From positions 62,001 to 115,399 of the forward strand of contig CAJVPI010000004.1 of the NCBI GenBank assembly GCA_910592345.1: a stretch of DNA of 53,399 nucleotides. Direction: 5' to 3'. The notes beneath the pieces were generated by a model. It saw only the letters and a program-made list of their open reading frames with translations. It searched no databases and was not told where the DNA came from. Position numbers and translations under genes: made by a program. Source of the stretch: Paraglomus brasilianum (lineage: Eukaryota). Positions within the stretch are counted from its first letter, which is position 1; every line of letters begins with the position of its first letter. Below, in pieces: positions 1-12,776 of the stretch.

Positions 1-3000
1 TTTATATGGTAATAATGATGAAAAAACCGACTTACCAGGTATTCGTGGTCAAAATCTTGTCCATTGTTGACATTTCGAAGATTTCTCATATAATCATCGA
101 TACTCATACGGCGCTGACAATGCAATTATATAACGTTGAATTTTTTTTAGAAGACCAACCAATTTGTTATTACCCCTCACTTACTCGAACTTGTGGATTA
201 TGTAAATCGGTATTTAACATTATGACAGAATATGATAACACAAACGTAGCATCTTGAGTAGCTATTTCCGCTGCAATATACATACAATATGCAAATAATC
301 AGTAAACTTCAAGATAACCGCATATTGATAAACAATAAACCATCGAACGTACGTGGGCCAGAAGCAAAATAAGTTGTTGCAAAAGTCTCCATTATTCTCT
401 CAATCTGCTGAGCTTCTCCCGGCAGCCGAAAAGATTCTAACAATTCTCTCATAGCTTCATCGATTCTTTTCTAGACTCAGAACAAGCTTAGTTTATGAAG
501 AGGAAAAAGGGCATGATGGTCGTCTAGACTTACCCCCTTGAAATCGAAAAGTCTCACAAAAGCCTTTAACACTTCGATGTTTGAAGGTTTAGAGAGAAAG
601 TCACCCAATATTGTCTTGTTTAATCGTGGCGTAGATTTCAAGAAACCAGCGAGACTTGTTTCCCTATTGACAGACGGGTCGTCGTAAATGACACCATTCG
701 CTATTGGGGTAAAGTCGATGTGTAAGAGTTAGACTATTGTAACAAAAGACAAATTGAAATTACTAACCTTCCAAGAACTCGAGACCTGCTTTGGTGGTTT
801 CGTTAAATTTCGCCGCTCCCTCCAACAATATTTGTTTCCATTTTCTCCTTTCCAATAGCTCAACAGGCGAAGGATACACCTGGTAGCAGTTGCAAATTCA
901 AGAAAACAAACCCCTAATTAGCACAAGCATGAGGCTCACACAAATCCAAATAAAAAATACTACAAGTACCGATGGCCGCAGTCCAAGACTGTAATCAGAT
1001 GCAGATAGTTCTTTCCAAGAGAATCCTGAGTTTGGTGTGGCTGTGTGATTTTTCTAAAGTAGAACATAACGTTTTCTAATATAGATAACCAAATATTATC
1101 ACACAAACATTCTGCGTGCATTAACATACCTCCGCTTGTAGTCGATCAACCATATGGTTCACATACATTAAGAGAGCATCTATACATAATAAATGTGAAT
1201 TGCTTGCAGAGTAGAGAGTTGGATTCGGGAATGAATTCTATCCAACATGAAAAAGATATGATGAGCAGTCAATTGAGTGATTGTCTATCAAAAATATCAG
1301 TTATAGAACGTACTCTGCTTAAAAACGCGACAACGTCTTCGAATAGATTACTACAATCAACATTGCAGTCATAGTTAACCCAAAGATCAACCATGAAAGT
1401 CGGCTCCCTGGCGAGCTGTCCCAACGATTCGAGGAGTAGCTCGCGCACTTCTCCAGTAGCAACTGTAGCATCACTACTTCCACGAATAGATTTATCGCGT
1501 AGCGTATTGAGCGGCGTTGAGGACCCTGACGCATGAGGAGAATCGTTACTATCGAGGATGAGAGGTATGTCTGTACTAAAGGCAGCACTAGGTAATGCGC
1601 TGGCGGGAGTTAATCTTTCGATTAAAAAGGATAGATAGAGTTCTTGTTGAAGCTTCAAATGTGGTCGAAGTGTATCAAATACAGTTGATATTGTGCGGAG
1701 GGTGAGAGTAAGTAAAGCAATGTTCTCTCTGCGAGCCAGCTAGTGAAATGTCGATGGGAAAGTAACGATTAATTTGACGTAAAGATGACTATATTATTAA
1801 ACAAGTTCTTCACCTGAAATAAGGATTTACACAGATCGTCGACGACGAGGTTTCTCAGACTTTCGAATCGACCCATTGTTCGACCACCAACTTCAAAAGC
1901 AACATTGAGAATACTCAAGGCCATAAGACGCATTGTATCTGTATGCTGATGGTCATGCGGATTCAATAGAGATATTAGAACTCGCAACAGCTCTCTTATC
2001 GATGGTAAACCAAATGGTCGAGGTTCTAAATGAAGTTCATCTTTAGTATATTCGTGTTATATGAAAGTAAAACGTTCGCCTATGTGAGCATGTAACCATA
2101 TCATCGTTTATTTACCATTATCTTCTTCCTCATCGGTTAGATCGGGAAGGGCAGCTATTATACGAATTGATTGATATGTAACTCATCGGTATCGAGTGAA
2201 CAACTTAGTAACAACGAAACGATCAGTTTACCGTCTTGTGTTTGGTCACCAACGTCGTTCGTTGTAACCGGTGCGCTTACGTGTTCAACCTCTTCAGTAT
2301 TCTCTTGAGTCTGCAAATGTTCATTATCTTTGACTTCCTCCGTCGCCGATACAGACAAGTTATTAAAATTACCCATAAGATTTGGTATGTCACTCTCATT
2401 GGTTGAAGAAAGAGGAAGATGAGGCGATTTAGGATCAGGTGGCGCCATTCGCACTTGAGAATCTAAAGACGGCGTATTGCTATTCCCTTCGTCTTCATTG
2501 GGAGGTGAAGTTTCCGAATCTTCATTCAAATGTTTAAGCCTGGTTGTTGAGACGTGAATAAGACAAGCGTTTTTATTCCAAGACGTTTTTACGATTTACG
2601 TTCTTCAGAGGCTTGTTTCAAAACATACCTCTGGAACATTGTTTGAATCATAACAACCATTGTATGCTCCGCTGAACGTCTAAGCATTTCTGAAAATGAT
2701 ATTGAAATGAGCGAAATTTGCAATCGATTTATTAATCACACAATCATATACAGAATTATTTGTATCAAGTAAAGCATTACCACTAAGGCGCATTTGACAA
2801 CACATGCTCAACCCAGTCTCCATCATCTCGCACAAAGATTCGTCGCCTAAAACCTGCCCAACTTCACTAGTTAATGCAAGACGTAACACTTGCAAAATCT
2901 TAAGTAATACAAATTCATCCGAGACAGAGTCGCTCGCTTCAAATTTGCAATGGGTTGCGGCAGAAGAAAGCATCAGCATAGCATTTGGGAGGTTGGGCGA

Positions 3001-3686
3001 GTTCTTGTTTATAATCGCATAGGTCAACAGTTTCTCTACACTGCTTAAAGCTGTTGAGGTTATGGGTCCATTAGTATCTCCTGAACGTATGACTTCCAAA
3101 AACGGTTCCAACAATGATACAGCATCAAGTTCTCGCAGATCTAAACAAAGAAGAAAAAAATTTGTTAAATCAAGGATGAAATTTTACGTGAGGCATTTTG
3201 ACGACGCGGAACACATATATACCTGACACACTAGCAAGCTGCTTTCTTAAATTCGTAAAACCCGCCATCAGAGGGCTCTCCTAAGAGTGGACACGTTGAC
3301 GGAGAGCATCAACTTTTCACTTCCCACTGCTGTCTAATTGAAGTAATTTCTGAATTTCTTGAGCCTTTATTACGCGTAAGGTTTTTTCAATGTACCTGAT
3401 TTATATAGCCAACGTCGTCGGTCATGGGGCTTCTTCCTCTTAAACCCATACTCATTCCTAAACTACCCATATTCAAACTGCTAACGCTCATTCCAGACCA
3501 CCGCGAATTTTTGCGCATAGTACTGGCTACGGCAATGATTTCTGCGTGTACCAGTTGCGACCAACTCAGCTCGCAGTTTGGTTGAACTAGCTTTTCATCG
3601 CTTTGAGCGGTTGTCCGGGACTGAGATATCTGTTGCTGACCTTGTCTCTTTGAGGTGTACTCTATGGGAAGTCTCAGATGTGACAT
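1..3686 (-). CDS. GEA2: Sec7-domain ARF guanine-nucleotide exchange factor, Gea1/Gea2/GBF1 type; multi-exon, 3' part continues beyond the window start
   Basis: ATG at 3686. DCB-region text ([24 protein letters not shown]...[20 protein letters not shown]) and HUS box ([18 protein letters not shown]). Sec7 signature [18 protein letters not shown] at ~365-470, plus [18 protein letters not shown] and [18 protein letters not shown] introns throughout. Confidence 0.95.
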
Positions 3687-3858
3687 CCTTTCCTAAGACT
3701 ATATTCTATTTCCTATCCAACAAAATCATTCTCATAATTTAACTTGGTCATTCTGTGTGACAACGGATTGGCCAATATATTTACAATACTAATTGTATTC
3801 ACAACGTGTCAGGGGAAGAGACTAAACGCTCTCGGTATTGAGAATAACTTATTTGAAG

Positions 3859-4023
3859 CAGTGAAAGTCGATATAACGGACCATCGATATAACTGACCGT
3901 CAATAAAACGGACTTTTTCTCTGGAACGGAATTTGTATACTAAATAATATCTGATATAAAACTCACAAGTCGATATACGTATTACAGCAGGTCCCGAACA
4001 GTCCGTTATATCGACTTTCACTG
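3859..4023. mobile_element. pogo/Tigger-like (Tc1/mariner superfamily) MITE, 165 bp
   Basis: Perfect 23-bp terminal inverted repeats CAGTGAAAGTCGATATAACGGAC (3859-3881 and 4001-4023); subterminal GGTCCC; TA TSD not intact. Confidence 0.8.
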
Positions 4024-4227
4024 TGTACTATTACGAATGAACGTATTGACAGCCAAAGAGTCAAAATTACATAACAATAATTCAATTTTTAATAAGCACA
4101 ATTTTAAGATCTTTATTATAAATCCCAAGGCCATTTATGAGTGCATATAAGTATTTATCGTTATCGGCATAACTCTACAATGTGGGAGCATTAATTAAGA
4201 CTAGAAACTCTAGAAAGTTACGATTAA

Positions 4228-4410
4228 TGAAAGAGCGCCAACGAACAAACAGTATGGAAGAACCTAAGACAATTTACACGACGAAAGAACTGAAATCGGA
4301 CCCAAAATTTTCATTTAACAAAATGGCGGTTGATACAGCTTCCACAATGAAAATAAAAACTTGATGATAGTGTTAATATTATTAATAATAGTAATAATAC
4401 AGAAGATTAA
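4228..4410 (+). pseudogene. Internally deleted copy of the small 'PKFSFNKMAV' protein family
   Basis: PKFSFNKMAV and a downstream DDSVNIINNSN tract match the ORF at 23031-23360; the intervening segment is missing and the frame shifts. Confidence 0.6.
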
Positions 4411-5296
4411 TGATGATTGTATATCATAGCTATTTACTTTCAGATCCGAAGTCTATTAAGAAACACTGTTTTCTTCATGATTTCATTTTTAATCTGGCAT
4501 AGTAATAGTTGTATTTAATAAATCCCAGAGACATGAAAAACTTTTTTGGTTACTTGCTAACCCTATGATCTAACCCGTGACTCCAACACATATTATAACC
4601 TATGCCTGAAGTAATTCAAAACCATTGTTAACTGCGAGAGTCATTTCGAAGGTTAAAGGAGAACAAAAAAGAGCTCTTTAAAATAATACAGAACTAGCGT
4701 ATATTAGTATTGGTGCTTCCATCTTTTTTATTTATTGATTACTTTAGCTTATTGGGGCAAGTCATACGTTTTGATGAGTAAAAAAGAATATACCTTTTTC
4801 GATGTCCCTTCACAAAGCATATTTACTGTCTTCTTGGAGTTTATAATGACTTTTGACAATATCAACTGTTGAATTTGATTGGATTCGTTGCCAATAGCCA
4901 TTAATTTGAGAAGTCTCATGCTTGACAGAAACATAATTAGAATTACAGTGGCGCCTCCATAGTGCACGCCGGCATTTGTGTGCGGTGTGCACTTGCAGAA
5001 TAACGAATAGAAACCAGATATTGTTACACAGCTTAGTAACTAATTTAGTAATAGCATTCTAAATCAAGCTGTGTTAATATTAGTGTTAGTTTGGCGCATT
5101 AAATTTGTTCGACAAAATTTTCAATATTCTGTAATAAGAAATATTTCTCCTTTGTTGCATTTATTTCTTTACCTGCCTTCTCTGTTTAATTTCCGAGCAA
5201 TTATACTATTTTAAGAAACACCTTATGTTATACCAAATTTGTAAGTATACCACATTGCGCTATTGCATATTTATTGATTGAAATCGCGACGATTTA

Positions 5297-5316
5297 ATTT
5301 ATGGAGGTCCACTGTA
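5297..5316. mobile_element. Solo pogo-like transposon terminus
   Basis: ...TTATGGAGGTCCACTG+TA resembles the element ends at 7103 and 26081; no partner TIR seen. Confidence 0.35.
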
Positions 5317-6170
5317 TACAACATAATTAAAAAAAAACAACATATTTTATATAAATAAAAGAAGAAGGGACAAACGACTTATTGGATAGTATAGTCAGTA
5401 AAAATATATAAAGCAAACAATTTACAATTAGACCCAAGTAAAACAGGGACAGCTGAGGAGAATGACTATAATGCCTCAAAGTCTCGAATAACTGGTAAAG
5501 AAGAATATTATTATGTATACATTGCCCATGCCTAAGTCACAAAAAGTCATTACCTCTCTCCTCTTCTTTAAGGATTTGCAGTTGCCATTGTTCATAAACT
5601 TTTTTCATTATAAGGTCGGACTCGTATCGTTGTTTCAGTCTTGCAAGACGTTCGAAATTGATCGCATATGAATCGCACCTACAAATTTCTAATTATTTTG
5701 CCAAAATTATAACACGACACGTGACAAAAGCATTAGAATTGCTGAAAACAAAGAAACAATGGCAATTTTAGACGTCTTCTCGGCACGCTGTTAGTGCTCT
5801 CGTTATACTACATAGATCACGCTGATACTATAATGCGTGCTATCGATATCATAGAGATCAGTTTAACTGCGTGGTTTATCGGACTTGCTCCGAAATGTAC
5901 ACTGATACTATTGTTCTTATTTACGGAAACAATCGTGAAAGTCGTAATGATGTGTTACACTAGGCAATATATCGATATCCGTTTTGCTTTACTATTGGTC
6001 GACAGTCGCAGACTCTCACGCTCCTTATTGCATAGATAATGACATTTATACTTATAAGGTTGCGTACGACGGCAATTGATAGTATTAAGTAGTACCAATG
6101 TATGTCATCTAGAATAATAATGCGATAAAAGAAGTAGGCCCCACCGACGCGTTTTTTTTTTCCCTTTAAA

Positions 6171-6680
6171 GACGAGTTCCGTAAGCAAGAGGAAGGTAGT
6201 TTGAAGACGAAGTAAGAATTCTTACTGGGTATCTGTTGAGTGGTTTGTGCCCTAAGTACGCTGCCACTAGGTTAAAAATCGGATTACGCGAAAGCGCATC
6301 AGGCCACACCTGTATATCGTTTATCTTTCGGGCAATTACTTAGTATGTGTATCTGAAGGTACGCTACCACTAGGTGTAAATCAGAGGTTTAAAAGCACAT
6401 AGGGTGTAAATTAATTAAAACCCGTTACCGAAAAAAAAAACTGCTACTTCAGCTTTGTGGTGAATAGGATACACTCAAAAATACTTTGTGGTTCAGGAAT
6501 GATTTACTTGCTATGAACGTTCGGTAATCCGTTCCGAAACGCCGACTGTAGCTTATCACGCTCGGGCTGTGGTGAATAGGATACAGGGGCCACTGAATTG
6601 AAAGCGCATCGTGGCCACAGTCTGCGAAGTTTACCCGTTAGGACCCCGGCCTTGACATCGGTGGTTTTGTAATCGTTTAT
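6171..6680 (+). pseudogene. Remnant of an Mrr-like PD-(D/E)xK nuclease gene with a rearranged intron
   Basis: TSSVSKRK..FEDE followed by donor GTAAGAATTCTTACTG (6212), shared with the locus at 25384-25490. After acceptor CCCGTTAG (6641) it reads DPGLDIGGFVIV, like the DxGxDI of Mrr catalytic domains. Confidence 0.4.
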
Positions 6681-6719
6681 GAAAGAAATAAATCCATTGT
6701 TTAACATCTTTGTTAGAGG

Positions 6720-7105
6720 TTTACCTTCGGCATTAGACATTCATATTAATGATAGTGAAATTGATGACAGCACAGAACTGCCAATAGTCAATGCCAATGA
6801 TGCTGTAAAGAGTTTAGAATTAGTTCGTCCCTTTTTGCAACAGCAAGAAGATTCTAAAGAGTTACTTAAACATGTTAATGCTCTTGATTACTACATTGGT
6901 TTAAAATTGATGAGTGCAAAGAACCAAACAACCATAGACAGTTTTTTTAATCGAAAATAGTAAACAGGTATTTTAATTTTGTTTCATTATTATGAATAAA
7001 TAAATATATATATATATATATATCACGTGCAACTAATAAAATGCTGACTCTCCATATATGCACAGCTCATTCCCGAGGGTGTGCATATATGAAGGGTCGA
7101 CTGTA
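6720..7105 (+). mobile_element. 3' end of a pogo/Tigger (CENP-B-like DDE) transposon
   Basis: C-terminal tail IDDSTELPIVNANDAVKSLELVRPFLQQQ...QTTIDSFF*, typical of Tigger/pogo transposases; right end GTGCATATATGAAGGGTCGACTG+TA at 7081-7105. Confidence 0.8.
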
Positions 7106-7823
7106 TACGTTGGCACTTAATTAGCGACAGCGCGATAAATCCAAATGCAATTTGTGATATTGTTATTGGATGTTAGCGCGTTAGTATTAGGCGTAAAGGA
7201 ATACACGACTTTTATGGCGCATGACTCCTATCGCTATATGAAATATTCAAGTTCAAAGTAAAATTACCCTAATACTATAACTACTAATTATAATAATAAA
7301 CTCTTTGATTTTCCAGCCACATAGCATTCACTATGTCACATGATAAAATGTTCACTTTGTCTGGTTTTGTTGTAGTCTGCCCACAGTATTAATTATAATA
7401 GTAATAGAGTTTGCGGTACAATTAAAACCGTTTTCTGATTTATAATACTATGGGAATGAATTAACAATGTTCCAGTCTTGAATAGGGAAAAGGACAAAAT
7501 ATTAATTATTGTGATCACCATTATATTATGTCTTAGATAGCATTCCGTTTATTTGGGAAGTCGTTATTTGAAATATAATACATGGTTTAGAGGACCTTTC
7601 TTTTGCCAATAATTAATAATGGTTTAAAAGAAGAAGAATAATAATAATATTTGCCATCCAAACGAAAATTCATTATTATTATTATTATTGCGTAAACACG
7701 TGATCATTCATAAAGTCAATGTAGCACACATATCGCTTTTTTAAGGTTTGAGCATACTACCATTCTTCAGCAAGTACTTTCACAATTGGCAGACACATAT
7801 AGACACACATATTAAGTCTTGGT

Positions 7824-9818
7824 ATGCCTCGTGGGAATAAGCGAGTGAGTGCTATAAACTCATCACCAAGAGGAGGTCGACCTCGTGGAAGAGGTGGCCG
7901 TGGTAGAGGTCGTGGAAGAGGAGCATGGAGTGCTTCTCCAGTCTACGACAACAAGTCGATAGGAAGACCGGTTAATGTTGACGAGGAGGAGGAAGAGAAA
8001 CGTAAGAGGCGAGCCGAAAGGTATGTTGGAAGCTATGGTACAGGGCTTATTTGAGCATGCGAAGTAAGTTGTAGTTGTAAGGTTCTTCTCGCCTTTGATG
8101 CAATTTACAAATTTCGAATAAGATGGTTGTAGATGTCGTAAATGTAGATTATGGACAGAAAGCTAGTATGACGAACATTAAACTATGTTTTCTACGCAGG
8201 TTTAAAGAAGACCGTTGGCGAACCCCGGTCGGATCGGGTCCACCGGCTTTCGCCATGTCGTCAAATAGAAGACAGGTCTCTAAGTATCCGAATGCAGAAC
8301 GATTTTTAAGAGACTACCTCATAAGACAAGCAGTAAGCATTTTCGACAAATAAATATCAACTGATCGCCTTCCTTTCCTCTATCATTATGATCTTACGCA
8401 TACCAATCACGTAATTTTACGTAGACGAACAGAAGAGACGTCGCAAAAATTAGGACACTGCCGAGATATATAAACATACCAAAGTCCGGGCCGCGACATC
8501 GAGCTCACGACTTCTTTATCAACCTTCCCTACCTACAACGACTATCAGATTATGGCAACGCGGAATTTATAATGAAGGCAGAACTGCAAGCACAAAAAGC
8601 AGAATTATCAGAGATAATGAAGTTCAAGGGACCCCAAGGCCCACAAGGACCACAACTCGAAATTTCTGCAGAAGGGTCGCCTATACCCGTTCATGCAAGG
8701 ATTGCTCGGCCATTGCTAATTAGGACTGACTCAGACATTGAAATGGCAGAAGCTGGGCCGCTTTCAGAATCTCCGACAACAGTATCAGCTTCAGCCATCT
8801 TTCCCCAAATTTCTTTGAAGAAAGCGAATGCGTATGGTATGGTCGATGGAATAAGAGAGGACCTGTCTCCTATGGACGTTGATGAGGATTATCTTGGGAG
8901 GTAAGACACATGACTGTCATGTCGCCTACTGATATCATGCTAAGCACTAGATATGATACTCATTATGTTGTTATGTTTATATGTCAATACTACAGTCTTT
9001 TGAGAGCTTCAGCGCGAGCAAGAAGAACATCTTTAAATGCAAATACGAATACGAGAAGACCATCGAGAAGGTACAAAAGCTTATGCATACGAATCGCAGC
9101 AAGTTGAAAAGTGAAGTGTGGCGCATATCCAAGTCAGAACGTGACCTTATATATGCTGCGTCCCTGGTAAATCTTGAGTAGGTTGCCAGCAATTACCACA
9201 AACCGAAAAATGCAATGCTGTATTTTTACTTTTTGACCCGTGAAAAAAACAAATTACTTTTATGAATAAATTAGCAGGGCAGGTGTACATAAGAGCGTGC
9301 TAACTCAATTGGTCTATTTTGATATGGTCATCGTAGGGTGAGCTTCACCGGCACTCAGGAACTTATTGATTTTAGAACAGGCAGAAGTAAGGAAACAATG
9401 GAGTCGCCATCGTCAAATCAGCAATTCGAGGCGACGGTCATTACAGAAGAACCAGAAGATATCGAGGACAACGAAGCAGTTCCGGGCACTCCGGGTGTTA
9501 ATAGTAGCCGCACTCTTTCCTTAGATGATAAACACGGAAGTTCAAAAGCTGCGTCACCGAAACTGAAGCGAGCAACAATACCAGACAGGTAATGTCTTTG
9601 AACCAATTACTTGGTGTCACTTTTCTTATTAAATTATTTACATGTTAATTTGCTGTCCAAATTATAGCCTAAATCCAATGGTCTTCAATATGCGCACGCG
9701 GACATATGCGGGCTGGGCGACAAACTCTTGTGCTCTTTCGGATTGCCCGTTCCATGCCCACAAGCAGCCAAAATGGGTTCATGACATGCTTGTCAATCCC
9801 CCCAATTTTTACTTCTAA
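7824..9818 (+). CDS. Hypothetical ~427-aa protein, 6 exons: RGG N-terminus, KRRAERF, SLLR and RRVSF motifs, C-terminal CxxxxCxxH
   Basis: Exons 7824-8020, 8200-8332, 8425-8900, 8996-9070, 9337-9588 and 9668-9818 join via GT-AG introns into one 1284-nt frame ending in TAA. Confidence 0.75.
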
Positions 9819-10889
9819 TATCCGATTCTGAGATTCAGCCGGCTTAATATGTGAATTACGTAGGAGAGATTATACCAAGTGGAGCACATCCGAGATGTTC
9901 GCGCCACGTTATACTCATTCAGCAAGGGCGGTGCCTGCAACTGAACAAAATTAATAACAAATTCTCAGGAACATTGACAGTACAACAGGAGGCTGATAAC
10001 CTACCTCAAATCAATGGCAGCTATATGGGAACCAAGGCATGAGAGGAAATTGTATAAATAGCAGTCGATCGAGTGTGTATATTAGTTAATATTGTAGTTA
10101 TTATTAACCTTGTCAATGGGTAATCTGTGTGCGATCGACTCGGCACGTTTTAATTTAAAGTAATGTTTATGGCTGTTGCTGCGGGTACCATTAGCTTGGC
10201 AACATTTAAAGTCAATGTTATTCCGAACACAGAATTGTAAATCTGTATACAGTCAAGAGGATTTGTATCGGGATCAATGCTATAAATAGTTGCGAACAAT
10301 GAATGTACATGTTGATAGATTGCCAACAGGACTTGCCTTAAAAGGAGTTGTTTTAAAAGAAGTTATATTTTTTTTGTTACAGTATTGGGTAAAATAATGT
10401 GGTAAAATATTGAAATTTGAGGGAAGAGAGACAATTCAGGGACAGTTGCGGTGGAGGGAGGATGCAATGTCGGTCAATAGAAGTGCTATTGTAGTTGTAG
10501 AGTTTACGCGCATGAAACGCGTAGGAGCCGCTGGAGTAAAGGTCAGACACAAAGAATTTGTATTCGAAGATAATAAAATTTTACATTTGTATTGCCAAAT
10601 TGAGCGTTAAATGGGAAGATGTGTAGTTATCTGGCTTGCTTTACAGTGGCAAAAAAAAAAAAAATCTTAAAACTATGATAATGACCGGGCGGTACCACAC
10701 AACTCTGCGTTCTTTAATTTCCCATCCGTACGAGTTACTCATGATAGACTCTCACAAGTTTTAGAGACTCTTTTTGAAAGAGGTACTAGTTTTCGAATTC
10801 CGGAAGAGAATCATAATCTATACCGAGGACTTGCTTTAATTGCGATATAATCAAATAGTCATCGTTACGGTTCCAACTTTACTCCTGGA

Positions 10890-11776
10890 CTATCGATGCC
10901 GTGAGTGAGCTAGAGTACAAATAAAAAAATGTTACGGTTATTTTTTCCATATGCGATTATTTCGGTTTGTATCAATACTCACCCATACTCCACAGTGGGA
11001 CGACAAAGCCGCCACCAGTAGTTTGTAATTCGACTTTTCTCACTTGCCAATGCCGTGGTTTCCATTTTTTAGAAGTTGGATTGTTTTTTGATGAGGTTGT
11101 ATGACTTGATTCTCGAGATTGGCCTATTTATGGAGAGAATACCAATGAATTACCGTAAATGCAAGAACCTCTGCACATATGGTTTAATGCGCTATGTTCA
11201 ACCCAAGAGCCCAATAAACGTGCCTTGTCCTTTCCGTGTTCGGTAATTGTCGGGATCACTTGGATCTGCTTGATCTAACGACTCGGATATCACAGACTCA
11301 TCTTCCTCACCAATATAGTCTGGCGAGTCAATGTATCTAAATTGAAAAGGCGCAAGATTATTCTTCCATGCTAAACAATAAGCAGTATTCTGTTCTAGTG
11401 ACAAACAACAGTTCTTATGCTGGCAGTCTGTAGAATGAAGAGCGTATTGCATGTATACGTATATAATGTTATTGCCTAATTTTGATGTTTCTCTCGCTTA
11501 ATATAACCGCGTATTGCCTCCCAAAACGACAAATACCTACTCGTGTTCTTCAGGTTTGTACACCTTAAATTTCAATTTGATTGATTCATTTCTTCGCTTT
11601 GTATTTCCATTGCCGCTTCTTCTTGTACTCTTGCTCCCACTCTCGTATTCGCCGTCATTCTTCTTTCGTCGTCCACGTTTCTCTGATTTCAGAGCATCGT
11701 CATTTGCATCTGCTGATTGATTTATCACTGACGGAGTAGTTTGAGGGTTGGAAGAGCGTTTGCGTTTTATTACCAT
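10890..11776 (-). CDS. Small basic, probably nuclear hypothetical protein (4 exons) with an Ies4/DUF1711-like C-terminal motif
   Basis: ATG 11776 (MVIKRKRSS...KPEEHE|YIDSPDY...KGQ|GQSRE...KWKPRHWQVRKVELQTTGGGFVVPLWSM|AHSRHR*). Splice phases are compatible; the second donor is ambiguous (GC or weak GT). Confidence 0.6.
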
Positions 11777-12776
11777 GATTATAATTATGATAATTAAGCA
11801 CAATAATCGGGCATAAATGGATTTGATCGACCAATGAAATTCCGAGTTTGCTGATATTCACGTTAGAATATCAACAAACTAATCTATGTGAATAACGTGG
11901 AAAAATATATGACAATCTTGAAACTGGTCGTAGCATTCATAGAATATAATTTCAGATATTCAAGATATTTTCCTGCCACTTGTAATTGTGCCTTTTTTCC
12001 AAAAGCTAATAATAAGTTACGATGTGAGGTTGAAGGGCACAAAATGCAAATCCGCGGAACTTTTATGCTTGTGCAAATCACCAAAGTAATGACTGATTTT
12101 GTTATAAATTCGCGTGAGAAATATTAATATTGTCTAAATAAGGCAAGGACTACGGTCAACTCACCGCGTTTTCCCTGCTTTTCATAATGAAATTCCAAGG
12201 ATTGATATAATATCTTTATATCCAGAAGTTTAAAACCGACAAAACCATGCCCATTAAAAATGCTCTCTCTAGATTGCAAATTCCAGATTGCCTTATTAAT
12301 CTCTTCTCATCATAAAGATTTTGTTTCAACTTTCCCCGTAAACTGAATTCCATTCTTATTGGCAGCTCACTCTTAAAATTACTGATCCCAATCTCCATAT
12401 GCGCTCAATATTGCTAAACTCTGCACTCTTCAACACGTCATCTGAAAGTATTTGCACTTAGCACCGATATCGCAAACTTTACACTATACGTGACCTTTTC
12501 CTCAAATAGTCTGCACAATGGTTGTTTTACTTGTTTCTGAGCGAAAGTTTTCTCTTCATTGAGTATGAGCGCAAATGGTGAGTGCATATTAATATTAGTA
12601 TTAGTTATTGATTAATAAATCTATCAATTATAAGCTTGCATTAGCTAATAAACATAAAATTTAAAATTGACACAGTAATGTATCTCTAATATTTGTTATA
12701 TATTAAAAAACTAGGTTTATTCAATTTATTCCATGTAATTCTATATTAATATAACAATTTGTTGTAGTGTTCCTGT

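Noticed and set aside
8628..8656. GPQGPQGPQ collagen-like motif
   Set aside because: Three triplets are too few for a triple helix.
8981..9181. ORF MSILQSF... as a separate gene
   Set aside because: It overlaps exon 4 of the spliced orphan, which uses a different frame consistent with both flanking introns.
11880..12420. Short ORFs between the Ies4-like and RPAP3 genes
   Set aside because: No motifs or coherent splice structure; likely chance ORFs or unrecognisable relics.
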